A DNA stretch of 64,000 nucleotides from an uncultured delta proteobacterium (lineage in GTDB: Bacteria > Desulfobacterota > Binatia > JACPRU01), in the NCBI GenBank assembly GCA_963745025.1, contig CAVUWD010000005.1, positions 128,001 to 192,000 on the forward strand, given 5' to 3'. Made by a program: the position numbers and the translations under genes. Positions 28,973-39,965 of this stretch are shown here, piece by piece (positions within the stretch are counted from its first letter, which is position 1; each line of letters opens with the position of its first letter). Under the pieces are notes generated by a model. It ran no database searches, was not told where the DNA came from, and saw only the letters and a list, made by a program, of their open reading frames with translations.

Positions 28973-30213
28973 GCGGCAGCCTCCGAAAAGAACTCGCTGC
29001 GTTTGGGGGTGACCTCGAGGAGCTCGCCCGTGAGCCTCTGCTGCGCGGCGACTATGCCGGGACGCAGCATCGGATCGAGAAAGCCCTCGCGCTCGACGAA
29101 CTCCGGGTATACGGGCAGCCGCGGCAGCAGTGTGAAGCCGTTCTCGGCGCACGTCGTCGCGAGCTTCGCCACGTGCGGCCACGGAGCCTCGGGATTCACG
29201 TAGTCCGCGGTTAGCGGTGAGATGCCGCCCCAGTCGTTGATGCCCGCACGCAGCAGCAGGCGGTGACCCGTCGGGTTGAGGTTGGGGGGTGCCTGGAGAT
29301 TCATCTCGCCGCCGAGCACGAGGCGCGCCGTCGCGACCGTGCGTGCGATCTCCAGATCGTCGGGCTCCGGAGCGTCGTGCATGGGAATCTCGGGCTTTCG
29401 GCGGAAGTTCTGGACGATGACCTCCTGGATGTGCCGGTAACGATCGTCGACGTCACGAATCGCGAGCAGGCTGTCTGCCCGCTCCTCGAGCGTCTCGCCG
29501 ATTCCGATCAGGATCCCGGTGGTGAACGGGATGCGGAGCTCGCCGGCGTCGGAGATCGTGCGCAGTCGCACGGCCGGGTCCTTGTCGGGCGCCGCGTGAT
29601 GCGGCCCGCCACGCGCCCGCAGGCGCGGGCTGACGTTTTCCAGCATCAGACCCATGCTGACGTTGACCGGCTTCAGTAGCTCGAGCTCGTCGGCGGTCAT
29701 CACCCCGGCGTTGGTATGCGGCCAGAGATTCTCCTCGAGTGCGATCTCGCAGGCGCGATGGACGTACTCGATGGTCGACGCATGGCCGAGAAGAGACAGC
29801 AGGGCACGGTACTGGCGAAACGCGGTCTCGGGGCGGTCGCCGAGGCACATGAGAGCTTCGTGGCAGCCGAGCCTCGCACCCCGTCGACTCCAATCGCGCA
29901 CCTCCTCCTCGGTCATCGTCCAGGCGCCGTCATCGCACGGGTCCTTGCGGAACGTGCAGTAGCGGCAGCGGTCGCGGCAGAGGTTGGTGATCGGCAAAAA
30001 GACCTTCGGAGAGAACGTGACGACGCGGCCCTTGGCTCCGTCGCGGAGCTCGGAGGCGTGCTCACAGAGCGGCTGGAGCTCGCGGTCGTCGCACGCGAGC
30101 AGGCGAATGGTGTCGAGCCGATCGAGCCGCTCACCGCGGCGGCTGCGAGCGAGGATCTCGGAAATCGACGGCAGATGCCCCGCGGACGCGGAGAGAGGGG
30201 AGCGGCTCTCCAT
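28954..30213 (-). CDS. cofG: FO synthase subunit 1 (radical SAM)
   Basis: TFSPKVFLP.TNLCRDRCRYCTF, SMGLMLE, PFTTGILIGIGET, QAPPNL, DWGGISP, NPEAPWP. Confidence 0.93.
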   Translation of the reverse strand: MESRSPLSASAGHLPSISEILARSRRGERLDRLDTIRLLACDDRELQPLCEHASELRDGAKGRVVTFSPKVFLPITNLCRDRCRYCTFRKDPCDDGAWTMTEEEVRDWSRRGARLGCHEALMCLGDRPETAFRQYRALLSLLGHASTIEYVHRACEIALEENLWPHTNAGVMTADELELLKPVNVSMGLMLENVSPRLRARGGPHHAAPDKDPAVRLRTISDAGELRIPFTTGILIGIGETLEERADSLLAIRDVDDRYRHIQEVIVQNFRRKPEIPMHDAPEPDDLEIARTVATARLVLGGEMNLQAPPNLNPTGHRLLLRAGINDWGGISPLTADYVNPEAPWPHVAKLATTCAENGFTLLPRLPVYPEFVEREGFLDPMLRPGIVAAQQRLTGELLEVTPKRSEFFSEAAACPRLS

Positions 30214-30351
30214 CGTCGTGCAATACGGCAGGGGTCTGGCTCAGTCAAGCTGCCGTGGTGAGCCCAACGAGTGCAGCGCCGATGCGCGGGACCGGGGGCG
30301 TCGCTTCGCTCCGCGTCGCTCAGAGACGGCGAAAGCGCGTCGAGTGCGGTC

Positions 30352-31095
30352 TCAGCGAAGCCTCGTCTCCGTCGATTGCGTCTCGATTCGATAGTTGCGT
30401 GTCAGGCGCAGGACCGGGATGTCGCGGCGCAAATCGCCGTCGATGACGTCGACAAGAGGCGCGGCTTCGGCGCTGGAGAACATTCGCATCACCTCGACGC
30501 GGAGCGCTCGGGCGATCGAATCGGGAAGGCAAGCGAGCTGCACGTTCGGATCGTCGCGCGATTCTTCGAGCGGCTCGATGCTGTCGAAGGGAGCGGTGGA
30601 AACGAGACGGCGGCACTCGTCGACCAGTGCTTGGATCTTACCCAGGGGAGCGGCGTGAGGGTAAAGCGCCTCGTCGATCACCTGATGCAGCGCCTCGCCG
30701 TCGACCTCCACGGATTCACGCTCGACGACGATGCGGCCCGGCAGGATCGAGTACTGCCGCGGCGCCTCGATGTCGATGCGGCCGAACGTCACGATGAGCT
30801 CGTTCTGCCCGTCGCTGACCTCCCAGGCCACCCGGCACATGGGATCCCAGCGCGGATGAGAGATCACTTCCGCGTCACTCGACCGCTCGAGTAGCTGCAA
30901 CCCATGGTCCCGATGCGCGGCGAGGAACTGCCGCTGGTCGTTGGCCGCGATGGGTGTTCCGTCGGGAAGATAGATCGAGGCGCGGTCACTCTGCGTGACG
31001 CGGTGGACGGCCTTGCACGCCGTGCAGAAGAGGAACGCGCCATCGAATAGCTCACGCTCGCCGGCGGTTTGACCGAGCGCTATGGAGTAGGACAT
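30352..31095 (-). CDS. Hypothetical protein with N-terminal CxxC/His putative metal site
   Basis: Host-like codon use; TGATG-coupled to the upstream response regulator; FCTACKAVH...FLAAHRDH. Confidence 0.75.
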   Translation of the reverse strand: MSYSIALGQTAGERELFDGAFLFCTACKAVHRVTQSDRASIYLPDGTPIAANDQRQFLAAHRDHGLQLLERSSDAEVISHPRWDPMCRVAWEVSDGQNELIVTFGRIDIEAPRQYSILPGRIVVERESVEVDGEALHQVIDEALYPHAAPLGKIQALVDECRRLVSTAPFDSIEPLEESRDDPNVQLACLPDSIARALRVEVMRMFSSAEAAPLVDVIDGDLRRDIPVLRLTRNYRIETQSTETRLR

Positions 31096-31712
31096 CAGCC
31101 ATGTTCCTTCCGGGGCTCGAAGAGGGCGACGGTCTGATTGGCCTCCTCGGCACTCGAACGGAAGTGCTCCTGGACCGCTTGCACGTTGGTGCGGATGCAA
31201 TCGAGCGCGGCGCGGTTCGGATTGGACAGCCATTCGGGGCAGCTGCGCTCGAGAGACTCCGCGGCTTCGAGGACGGCATCGAGCCGGGCGATCGGATTCT
31301 CGGCCTTCTGACGCGTCGCCCGCCGACGGTCCTCTACGGCATTCTCCACCACCGTCAGGATCTTCTTCGAGTCGAAGGGCTTCGCGATGTAGTCGAAGGC
31401 GCGAAGCTTCAGCGCCTTGACCGCGCTCTCGTAGGAGCCATAGCCGGTGATGATGATGACCGGCAGATCCGGATCCACGCTGCGGATCAGAGACAGCGTG
31501 TTCTGACCAGCCAAGCCCGGCATCTTGAGGTCCAAGGTGACGGCCTCGACACGCTCGTTCTTGAGGATCTCGAGCGCCTCTTCGCCGCTTTGGGCCGTTA
31601 CCACCAGGAATTCCCGCTGCAGGATCAGTTGGAGGGCAAGGCGCGGTCCCCGCTCGTCATCCACCACCAGCACGGTCGACGGTTGCCTGCTCTCGCTCGT
31701 CGAAGTCTCCAT
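31095..31712 (-). CDS. Response regulator (REC plus short helical tail)
   Basis: VLVVDDE, LDLKMPG, ITGYG, DYIAKPFD. Confidence 0.9.
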   Translation of the reverse strand: METSTSESRQPSTVLVVDDERGPRLALQLILQREFLVVTAQSGEEALEILKNERVEAVTLDLKMPGLAGQNTLSLIRSVDPDLPVIIITGYGSYESAVKALKLRAFDYIAKPFDSKKILTVVENAVEDRRRATRQKAENPIARLDAVLEAAESLERSCPEWLSNPNRAALDCIRTNVQAVQEHFRSSAEEANQTVALFEPRKEHG

Positions 31713-31725
31713 GCGACAGCGAGAA

Positions 31726-31741
31726 AGCAGATTCCGTGCCA
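31726..31741 (-). promoter_or_regulatory. Sigma-54 (-24/-12) promoter
   Basis: TGGCAC-GGAAT-CTGCT on the minus strand, 13 nt before ATG 31712, directly downstream of a sigma-54 activator gene. Confidence 0.7.
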
Positions 31742-31913
31742 CTAAAGCCGCGAGAAAATTAGGGGAAATTCGCAGCTACCGCGGCCCGAATGTGCGATTT
31801 TGTCCAGGGCCGCGCAGTCGTCGTCAAATCGTGCCGACGCGGACCTGGTGCCCGGACGCGGGCGGCCTCTTTCGGAGGCGCGCGACTCTCCCCCGGACCC
31901 GGCGATGGCGGGA

Positions 31914-33302
<1,389 letters not shown>

Positions 33303-33313
<11 letters not shown>

Positions 33314-34694
33314 CCGTCCCTCGCTCTGTGTTCGGCAAACTCACACGAACCTGCAGCTCGCCCTGATCGCGCACGATGCGACTCGAGCCTCCGTTCCGTC
33401 GAATCAGTGCGTCCGCCATCATGAGATCGAGCGACCAGGGGGCGCTCGCGTTGATTTCGTGGTCGAGAGCGCTCTGGAGCTTCTGTTGCATACCGCCACC
33501 TGCGCTCGAGTGGAACACCAGCTCGCCCTCCGGGGACAGATCGACCAGGATGAAGGCATCCATCGGGATCTCTCGGCAGAGACCGCGGACGAGCGATTTC
33601 AGCGCAAAGGTGAGCTGATCCTCGTCGACGCGGACCATCTGCTTCGGCGAGAGCCCGTTGGTCTTCACGCGCTCGCGGACCCGGCCTTCGTTGGCGTCGA
33701 TTGCGCGGGCGAGCGTCTGGGTCAACGACAGCGTCTGGAGGCGGGGCTCCGCGTAGCGCGAGAAACGCAGCAGCTCCTCGAGAAAGCCATCCATCCGGTC
33801 GATTGCCTCGCGCGTCAATCCGACGAACTTCTCCCGCAGGCCCGGATCGTTCAACAACTGCTCGAGGTTCTCGGCGAAGGTCTTGATCGTGACCATCGGA
33901 TTTTTCAGCTCGTGTGCGAGCTCGGCGATCACCATTTCGAGCTCGTGAATCGCCGGGCCGCCCGGTTTCGCCGGCTTGGAGGCAGACGCGGCCGCGGCGC
34001 GAGGCGGTTCCACCGCGGTTGGCCGCGATGCGGCCGCGCTTCGTGCGAAGCGCGCCACCTCGAAATCGGCGATGCGCGCGCCTTCGGCCGCGATCAGGCC
34101 CCGGGTGATCACCGCGGCGAGCTCGTCGAGGTTGCCCGGCCAGTCGCGCTCGCACAGTGCACGCACCGCGGCATCGTCGATCGTCGGCTCGGGCAGCCGC
34201 AGCTCTTCGGAAATGTGTTCGGCGAGAACCAGAGCGATCGCCGGAATCTCGCTCTGGCGGACGGACAGGGGTGGCAAGGAAATCGTCAGCGAAGACAGCC
34301 TGTGGCGCAGTGCAGGAAGGAGGTCGCTCGGGCGGAATCCTTCGTCGGACTGCGCCAACAGACGGATCGGGACGACGCGGGTCGCCCAGCGGATTCCCTC
34401 GTCGCTCCATCGCAGAATCCGTTCTTGCACGGCGGGCGGCTGCCGCTCGATCCGCTCGACGTAGAGACTCATGGCCTCGATCGACGGATCCGACTCGAGA
34501 GCGCTGCGGATGCGCTCCTCGAGGTCGCCGGAACCGCTGACCAGTTGGCGTACCGATACGAAGCCCACGGGATCGCCGTTTTCGTGGAGCGCGCGTGAAA
34601 CCTCGTACGCCCCGGCGCCGGGTCCGCCGATCAGCCAAACCGGATGTCGCCATCGGAGCGCGCGTAAGACCGGTGACACCGCCGCGGAAACCAA
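33303..34694 (-). CDS. Hybrid protein: degenerate sigma-54-activator AAA+ domain, HisKA and degenerate HATPase
   Basis: LIGGPGAG, L.HRL....I.LPPL..R..EI and WPGNLDEL, then H-box ELAHELKNPMVTIKTF; N and G boxes eroded. Start uncertain. Confidence 0.8.
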
Positions 34695-34923
34695 GAAGGG
34701 AGCCCGGAGGGCGTAGGGCAGAGACCCCGTCTCACCAGCAGTGCGACGATTCGAATGCAGCGAAGACTCCTCAACCCCCGAGTCGCCGACCCGCGAGACT
34801 GTTCACTCAGTCGCTCCGGACCGCCGACCCCTGTTGATGATTCTTACAGTTATTCCGTCGATTATCGCGACCGGTCACGCCGACGGCGCCCTCGCCGACT
34901 GTCCCCACCCTTGCTCTTCTTAC

Positions 34924-34953
34924 AGAGTAAAAGGCCGCTCACCGCCGTGTCAA
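34924..34953 (-). promoter_or_regulatory. Sigma-70-like promoter for the signalling operon
   Basis: TTGACA-N18-TACTCT on the minus strand. Confidence 0.4.
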
Positions 34954-35042
34954 GAAAACCTTTGTGAATTCGCCTGAGTGCTTCAATTCGACAATACGAT
35001 GACAACGGCAATGCCAGCGTATTCCGAAATGAAACTCACCGC

Positions 35043-35405
35043 TCAGCGGCCGCTCGGCACGAGATTGGGGTAGCGACGAACCCGGCGCGCCGCCCAGCCG
35101 CCGATCAGGCACACGGAGCCAAGGAGCACCATGAACCGGCCTCCGCTCAATACAACCTGATAGAACTCGAGCTTGGCGCGCGCGACGTCTCGCTCTTGGC
35201 GCTCCTCATCCGGCGGCTCGAGCAGGTCGGCCTTTAGGTTCTGATTCCGCAGCTTCGGGCCGGGATGAAGCCGCAGATACTCCACGTAGGGACGGGTTCG
35301 CACCGCACCCGTCGCCCAATTGCCGACGCCGAACAGAATCAGTAGCACGCCGGCGACGAGCAGCATGCTCTTGTGGGCAGGGAGACGCCGAACGGCGGCC
35401 GGCAT
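35043..35405 (-). CDS. Small two-transmembrane hypothetical protein
   Basis: Two hydrophobic segments flanking a charged loop; start inferred at ATG 35405. Confidence 0.65.
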   Translation of the reverse strand: MPAAVRRLPAHKSMLLVAGVLLILFGVGNWATGAVRTRPYVEYLRLHPGPKLRNQNLKADLLEPPDEERQERDVARAKLEFYQVVLSGGRFMVLLGSVCLIGGWAARRVRRYPNLVPSGR

Positions 35406-35661
35406 GACGTCGTGCAGTGTACGGATTTCTGGCTCCGGTGCCAAGGGAGACGGTTTGTCGGGAATGGTCCTTTTGGCAGTCGACACCGCTCTGAGCCAGC
35501 AGGGCGCTGTGGCGAGCAAACAATTTCGATGATACCGCCACGGCCCCTTCACCATCTGCTCAGATTCCAAAATTGCCCGCTACCGAATTGTGACGCTGCA
35601 TCGCGTAGGCTATACGAGGAGTTTCCCGGGACGTGCAGACGAACCGTGGAGAGACCCAAGC

Positions 35662-36336
35662 ATGAAGAGAGGCACCTGGCATGCTCTCGGATTCGTATCG
35701 TATCGAAGCGGTCTGGCGATCCAAGACCGCGTCGCCGATGAGCGGGTGCGCAACCTCCGGCCCGATACGCTGCTTCTCCTCGAGCACCCGCCGACGATCA
35801 CGCTCGGCCGCCGCGCGTCCGATGCAGACGTCTTGTGGAATCCCGAACGTCTCGAACGTTCGGGCATCTCCCTCGAACGAGTGGGCCGAGGTGGAGGAGC
35901 GACGGTTCACGTTCCCGGACAGCTCGTCGGCTATCCGATCGTGCGGCTCCCGCACGGCGGCCGCGCGGTGCGTGCGTTCGTGGCCGGACTCGAGGCATTG
36001 CTGCTCGACGTGGCCCGGAGCTTCGGTGTGCGTGCCGGCCGTCGTCCGGGGCACCCCGGCGTCTGGGTCGGCGAACGGAAGCTCGCATCGATCGGCATCG
36101 AAGTCCGCCGTGGGATCAGTCGGCACGGTTTTGCCCTGAACGTCGACGTGGAGCTGACGCCATTTCGAGCGATCGTGGCGTGCGGGATCCCCGGCCTCGA
36201 GATGACCGATCTCTCTCGCGAGGTGGGAGCGCGGATCCGCATTGCGGAAGCGACCGATGTCGTGGCGCGCGCATGGCGGGCGCGGTTCGGGGCGATGGAA
36301 GGGGAGACCTGGAATGAGCTCGAAGCTGCTCGTTGA
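35662..36336 (+). CDS. lipB: Lipoyl(octanoyl) transferase, stand-alone second copy
   Basis: LLEHPPTITLGR, RGGGATVH.PGQLVGYPI, KLASIG, HGFALN, ACG. Confidence 0.9.
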   Translation: MKRGTWHALGFVSYRSGLAIQDRVADERVRNLRPDTLLLLEHPPTITLGRRASDADVLWNPERLERSGISLERVGRGGGATVHVPGQLVGYPIVRLPHGGRAVRAFVAGLEALLLDVARSFGVRAGRRPGHPGVWVGERKLASIGIEVRRGISRHGFALNVDVELTPFRAIVACGIPGLEMTDLSREVGARIRIAEATDVVARAWRARFGAMEGETWNELEAAR

Positions 36337-37084
36337 GACCCGCGATCGGGTGCGGTGGCTCACGGTGAACCGCGCGGAGCGGCGCAATGCTCTGGACCGC
36401 GAGACCATGACGCTCTTGAAGGAAGCCGTCGTCCGGGGCGGCCACGATCCCGAGGTTCGGGTGATCGTGATCAGCGGCGCGGGTGGCGCGTTCTCGGCAG
36501 GCGCCGATCTCAAGGCCAACGCCGAGGTCCACGGTCAGGAGGACCTGATCGAGAGCTACTACAACCCCGTGATCCGAGCCATCCGCCATGCGAAGAAGCC
36601 GGTGATCGCCGCCGTCGATGGCGTTGCGGCAGGCTACGGCTGCTCTCTGGCGCTCGCCTGCGACATCCGTCTCGCTTCCGAGCGTGTTCGGATGTCGTTG
36701 ATCTTCGTCAAGGTCGGCCTCGGCCTCGACGGCGGTGCGAGCTACTTCCTGCCGCGTCTCGTCGGGCTCCGCGCGTACGAACTCGGCCTGACGGGCGACA
36801 TGGTCGAGGCCGAGGAGGCGCAGCGCATCGGATTGGTGAACCGGGTCTATCCGGTCGAAGGTTTCGCGGAGCGCGTTCAGAGCTATGCGCTGAAGCTCGC
36901 GGCGCAGGCCCCGATCGCGATGGGCAAGATCAAAGAATCGATCGATCGAGCGCTCGACGCCGGGCTCGACGAGGTGCTTGAGAACGAGCGTTTCCACCAG
37001 CAAGACATCTTCCGCACGGAAGACTTCAACGAAGGTGTTGCGGCGTTCCTCGAGAAGCGCGCTGCGACCTACAGGGGCCGCTGA
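36314..37084 (+). CDS. Enoyl-CoA hydratase/isomerase family protein
   Basis: NR.ERRNAL, AFSAGADL, AAVDGVAAGYG..LALACD, EGV.AFLEKR. Confidence 0.92.
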   Translation: MSSKLLVETRDRVRWLTVNRAERRNALDRETMTLLKEAVVRGGHDPEVRVIVISGAGGAFSAGADLKANAEVHGQEDLIESYYNPVIRAIRHAKKPVIAAVDGVAAGYGCSLALACDIRLASERVRMSLIFVKVGLGLDGGASYFLPRLVGLRAYELGLTGDMVEAEEAQRIGLVNRVYPVEGFAERVQSYALKLAAQAPIAMGKIKESIDRALDAGLDEVLENERFHQQDIFRTEDFNEGVAAFLEKRAATYRGR

Positions 37085-38076
37085 TGGAGCGCGCCCCGAA
37101 TTCGATCGACGCGCTGACCGAGCGCATGCTCGGCGGCGATCGTGTCGCGCTCGCACGACTCATCACCATCGTCGAGAACCGCGATCCCGAGACCCGCCGC
37201 GTCATGAGCGCGGTCTACGAGCGCGCGGGCAACGCGTACATCATCGGCATCACCGGTCCGCCCGGTGCCGGCAAGTCGACGCTCGTGGATCGACTGATCG
37301 TCCATTTGAGGAAGGCGGGCGCTTCGGTCGGCGTGGTTGCGGTGGATCCGTCGAGCCCGTTCACTGGCGGAGCGGTGCTCGGGGATCGCATCCGCATGCA
37401 GACTCACTTTCTCGACGAGGGCGTGTTCATCCGCAGTCTGTCTACGCGCGGGCGGCACGGCGGGCTCGCCCGCGCCACGCGCGACGTCGTTCGGCTCCTC
37501 GACGCCTCCGGGAAGCACTTCGTGCTCGTCGAGACCGTCGGGGTGGGCCAGACCGAGCTCGACGTCATGGAGCTCGCCGAGACGACGCTCGTCGTACTGG
37601 TTCCGGAGGCCGGAGACACCGTGCAGGTCATGAAGGCCGGCTTGCTCGAGATCGCCGACATCTTCGTCGTCAACAAGGCGGATCGCGAGGGGGCGGATCG
37701 CATGATCGGCGAGCTCGAGCGAATGCTCCACATGTTGCCGAGCCAGTCGAGCTGGCAAGTTCCCGTGCTCGCCACGCAAGCGAGCAACGACGTCGGCATC
37801 GCCGAGCTCGTGGACGCGATCCGCAACCACCGCGACCATTGCCGCGCTCGAGTCGAGCCAGCGCTGCTGCGCAAGGCTCGACGGCGTGAGGTCTACGATA
37901 TCGTTGAGGAAGAGCTCGCAGCGCGGTTGCGCCGCGGTATGGACGAGAGCACGTTTGAGGATATCTTGGCTCGGGTCGACCGAGGGGAGTCGGATCCCTA
38001 CGGGGCAGCGGGAGAGATCCTGGAGGATCGCATGAGACTTGCGACCGTTCTCGGGTCCAATCGCGGCGATCGCTGA
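37084..38076 (+). CDS. meaB: Methylmalonyl-CoA mutase-associated GTPase MeaB
   Basis: GITGPPGAGKST, VDPSSPFTGGAVLGDRIRM, ETVGVGQ, NKAD. Confidence 0.93.
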   Translation: MERAPNSIDALTERMLGGDRVALARLITIVENRDPETRRVMSAVYERAGNAYIIGITGPPGAGKSTLVDRLIVHLRKAGASVGVVAVDPSSPFTGGAVLGDRIRMQTHFLDEGVFIRSLSTRGRHGGLARATRDVVRLLDASGKHFVLVETVGVGQTELDVMELAETTLVVLVPEAGDTVQVMKAGLLEIADIFVVNKADREGADRMIGELERMLHMLPSQSSWQVPVLATQASNDVGIAELVDAIRNHRDHCRARVEPALLRKARRREVYDIVEEELAARLRRGMDESTFEDILARVDRGESDPYGAAGEILEDRMRLATVLGSNRGDR

Positions 38077-38092
38077 TCGAGGCGGACGCTCG

Positions 38093-38851
38093 ATGCAGGG
38101 CTCTGGCGATCGTTCTGAGAAGGCTACGGGTCGGCTGCTCGCCGTGGGCGACATTCACGGCTGTCTCGACGAGTTGAGCGTGCTCCTCGACGCAATCCAG
38201 CCCACGTCGGCCGACAAGATCGTCTTCCTCGGCGACTACGTCGACCGCGGTCCGAGCCCACGCGGGGTCATCGATCTGCTCATCGCGCTGCGCGACTCCA
38301 GGCGCTGCCAGACCGTGTTCCTGCGCGGCAACCACGAGGACATGTTCCTCGACTTCATCGGCGAACGCGGCCGTCACGGCGAGGCGTTTCTCTTCAACGG
38401 CGGGCGGATCACGCTGGCGAGCTATGGGCTGCCGACGGTCCTGGCGGGAGACGAGGTTCGCGTGCAACTCCCCGAGCCTCACTTGGAGTTTCTTCGGGGC
38501 CTCGAGCTCCGTCATCTCGATGAGCCGTTTCTGTTCGTCCATGCCGGCGTCTCGCCGATCCGGCCGTTCGCCGAGCAGAACGAAGAGGATCTGCTCTGGA
38601 TTCGCGACGAGTTCATCCGCAACCGCCATCCCTTCTCACAGACCATCGTCTTCGGACACACGCCACAGCGGGAGGTGCTGTGGCATCTTCCGTTCAAGAT
38701 CGGTCTCGACACCGGCTGCGTGTACGGAAACAAACTCTCGTGTCTCGATTTCACTTCGGGAACACTCTTGCAGGTCGAGCGAGACTCTCACCGCGTGAAC
38801 CGCAGTGACGTGTCCACGGCGGTGGCGAGCTTGAAGGTGATCCACACGTAG
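38093..38851 (+). CDS. Ser/Thr protein phosphatase-like metallophosphoesterase (PphA/ApaH-like)
   Basis: GDIHG, GDYVDRG, RGNHE, FVHAG, FGHTP, DTGCVYG. Confidence 0.92.
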   Translation: MQGSGDRSEKATGRLLAVGDIHGCLDELSVLLDAIQPTSADKIVFLGDYVDRGPSPRGVIDLLIALRDSRRCQTVFLRGNHEDMFLDFIGERGRHGEAFLFNGGRITLASYGLPTVLAGDEVRVQLPEPHLEFLRGLELRHLDEPFLFVHAGVSPIRPFAEQNEEDLLWIRDEFIRNRHPFSQTIVFGHTPQREVLWHLPFKIGLDTGCVYGNKLSCLDFTSGTLLQVERDSHRVNRSDVSTAVASLKVIHT

Positions 38852-38910
38852 ACGAGGATCTCGGTGTCGCGGAGTTCGGGATCGATTTCCCGTTTGTGGA
38901 GCCGTGATGA

Positions 38911-38975
38911 GGCTACGGGCTTCGGGCTACAGCAAAGACATCGCGGAGTCTTTCCCCGTAGCCTGTAGCCCGTAG
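38911..38975. repeat. REP-like heptamer palindrome
   Basis: ggctacg ggcttcg ggctaca gcaaagac-N8-gtcttt ... cgtagcc tgtagcc cgtag. Confidence 0.8.
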
Positions 38976-38985
38976 ACCTGATCCC

Positions 38986-39960
38986 ATGCGCGCGATGGTG
39001 GCGACGGAGTGGTGTGAGCCGGCGGATATGAGGCTCGCGGAGGTTCCGATTCCGGAGCCAAAGGCCGGCCAGGTTGCCATCGACGTCCGCGCCATCGGTT
39101 GCAACTTCTTCGACATGCTCATGGTGCAGGGGAAGTACCAGGTGCGACCTCCGCTGCCGTTTTCGCCCGGTGGCGAGGTCTCGGGCACGGTTCGCTCCAT
39201 GGGCGCGGGCGTGACGAACGTGAGGCCCGGCGATCGCGTGTCCGCGATGCTCGGCTGGGGAGGCTATGCGGAGGTCGCTGTCGCTGCCGCGGACAGCGTG
39301 GTGAAGATGCCTCCCTCGATGTCGTTCGAGCATGGCGCCGCGTTCGGCATCGTCTACCAGACGTCGTACGTCGCGCTCGTTCATCGCGCCGACCTGCGAG
39401 CGGGCGAGACGTTGCTCGTGCATGCGGCGGCCGGTGGCGTGGGGCTCGCCGCGGTTCAAATCGGCCGCGCGCTCGGCGCGCGCGTGCTGGCGACCGCCGG
39501 CTCGGCGCAGAAGCTCGCCATCGCGCGTGAGCACGGCGCCGGGGAGGCCTTCGACTATTCGACGCCGGACTGGGTGGATCGCGTCAAGGAGGCGACCGGT
39601 GGGAGGGGCGCGGACGTGATTTACGATCCCGTGGGCGGTGACGTCTTCGAGCGATCGATGAAATGCATCGCCTTCGGCGGTCGGCTTCTGGTGATCGGCT
39701 TTGCGTCGGGGATAATCCCGTCGATCCAGGCGAACCGCATCCTTCTCAAGAACATCTCCATCGTCGGACTTCACTGGGGAGCGTACCGCACTCACGACCC
39801 CGCAAAGATCGGCGAAACGATGATCGCGCTGTTTGCGCTGTACGAGCGAGGCGCCATCCGCCCGGTGGTGTCGTCGATTCGCCCGCTGGCCGAGGCCGCT
39901 GCCGCTCTCGAGGAGATCGCCTCGCGGAAGAGCGTTGGCAAGGTGCTCCTCGTGCCCTAG
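38986..39960 (+). CDS. NADPH:quinone oxidoreductase (MDR family)
   Basis: GKYQ..P.LPFSPG.E, LVHAAAGGVG, DVIYDPVGG, IGFASG, GK.LL. Confidence 0.92.
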   Translation: MRAMVATEWCEPADMRLAEVPIPEPKAGQVAIDVRAIGCNFFDMLMVQGKYQVRPPLPFSPGGEVSGTVRSMGAGVTNVRPGDRVSAMLGWGGYAEVAVAAADSVVKMPPSMSFEHGAAFGIVYQTSYVALVHRADLRAGETLLVHAAAGGVGLAAVQIGRALGARVLATAGSAQKLAIAREHGAGEAFDYSTPDWVDRVKEATGGRGADVIYDPVGGDVFERSMKCIAFGGRLLVIGFASGIIPSIQANRILLKNISIVGLHWGAYRTHDPAKIGETMIALFALYERGAIRPVVSSIRPLAEAAAALEEIASRKSVGKVLLVP

Positions 39961-39965
39961 CGACC

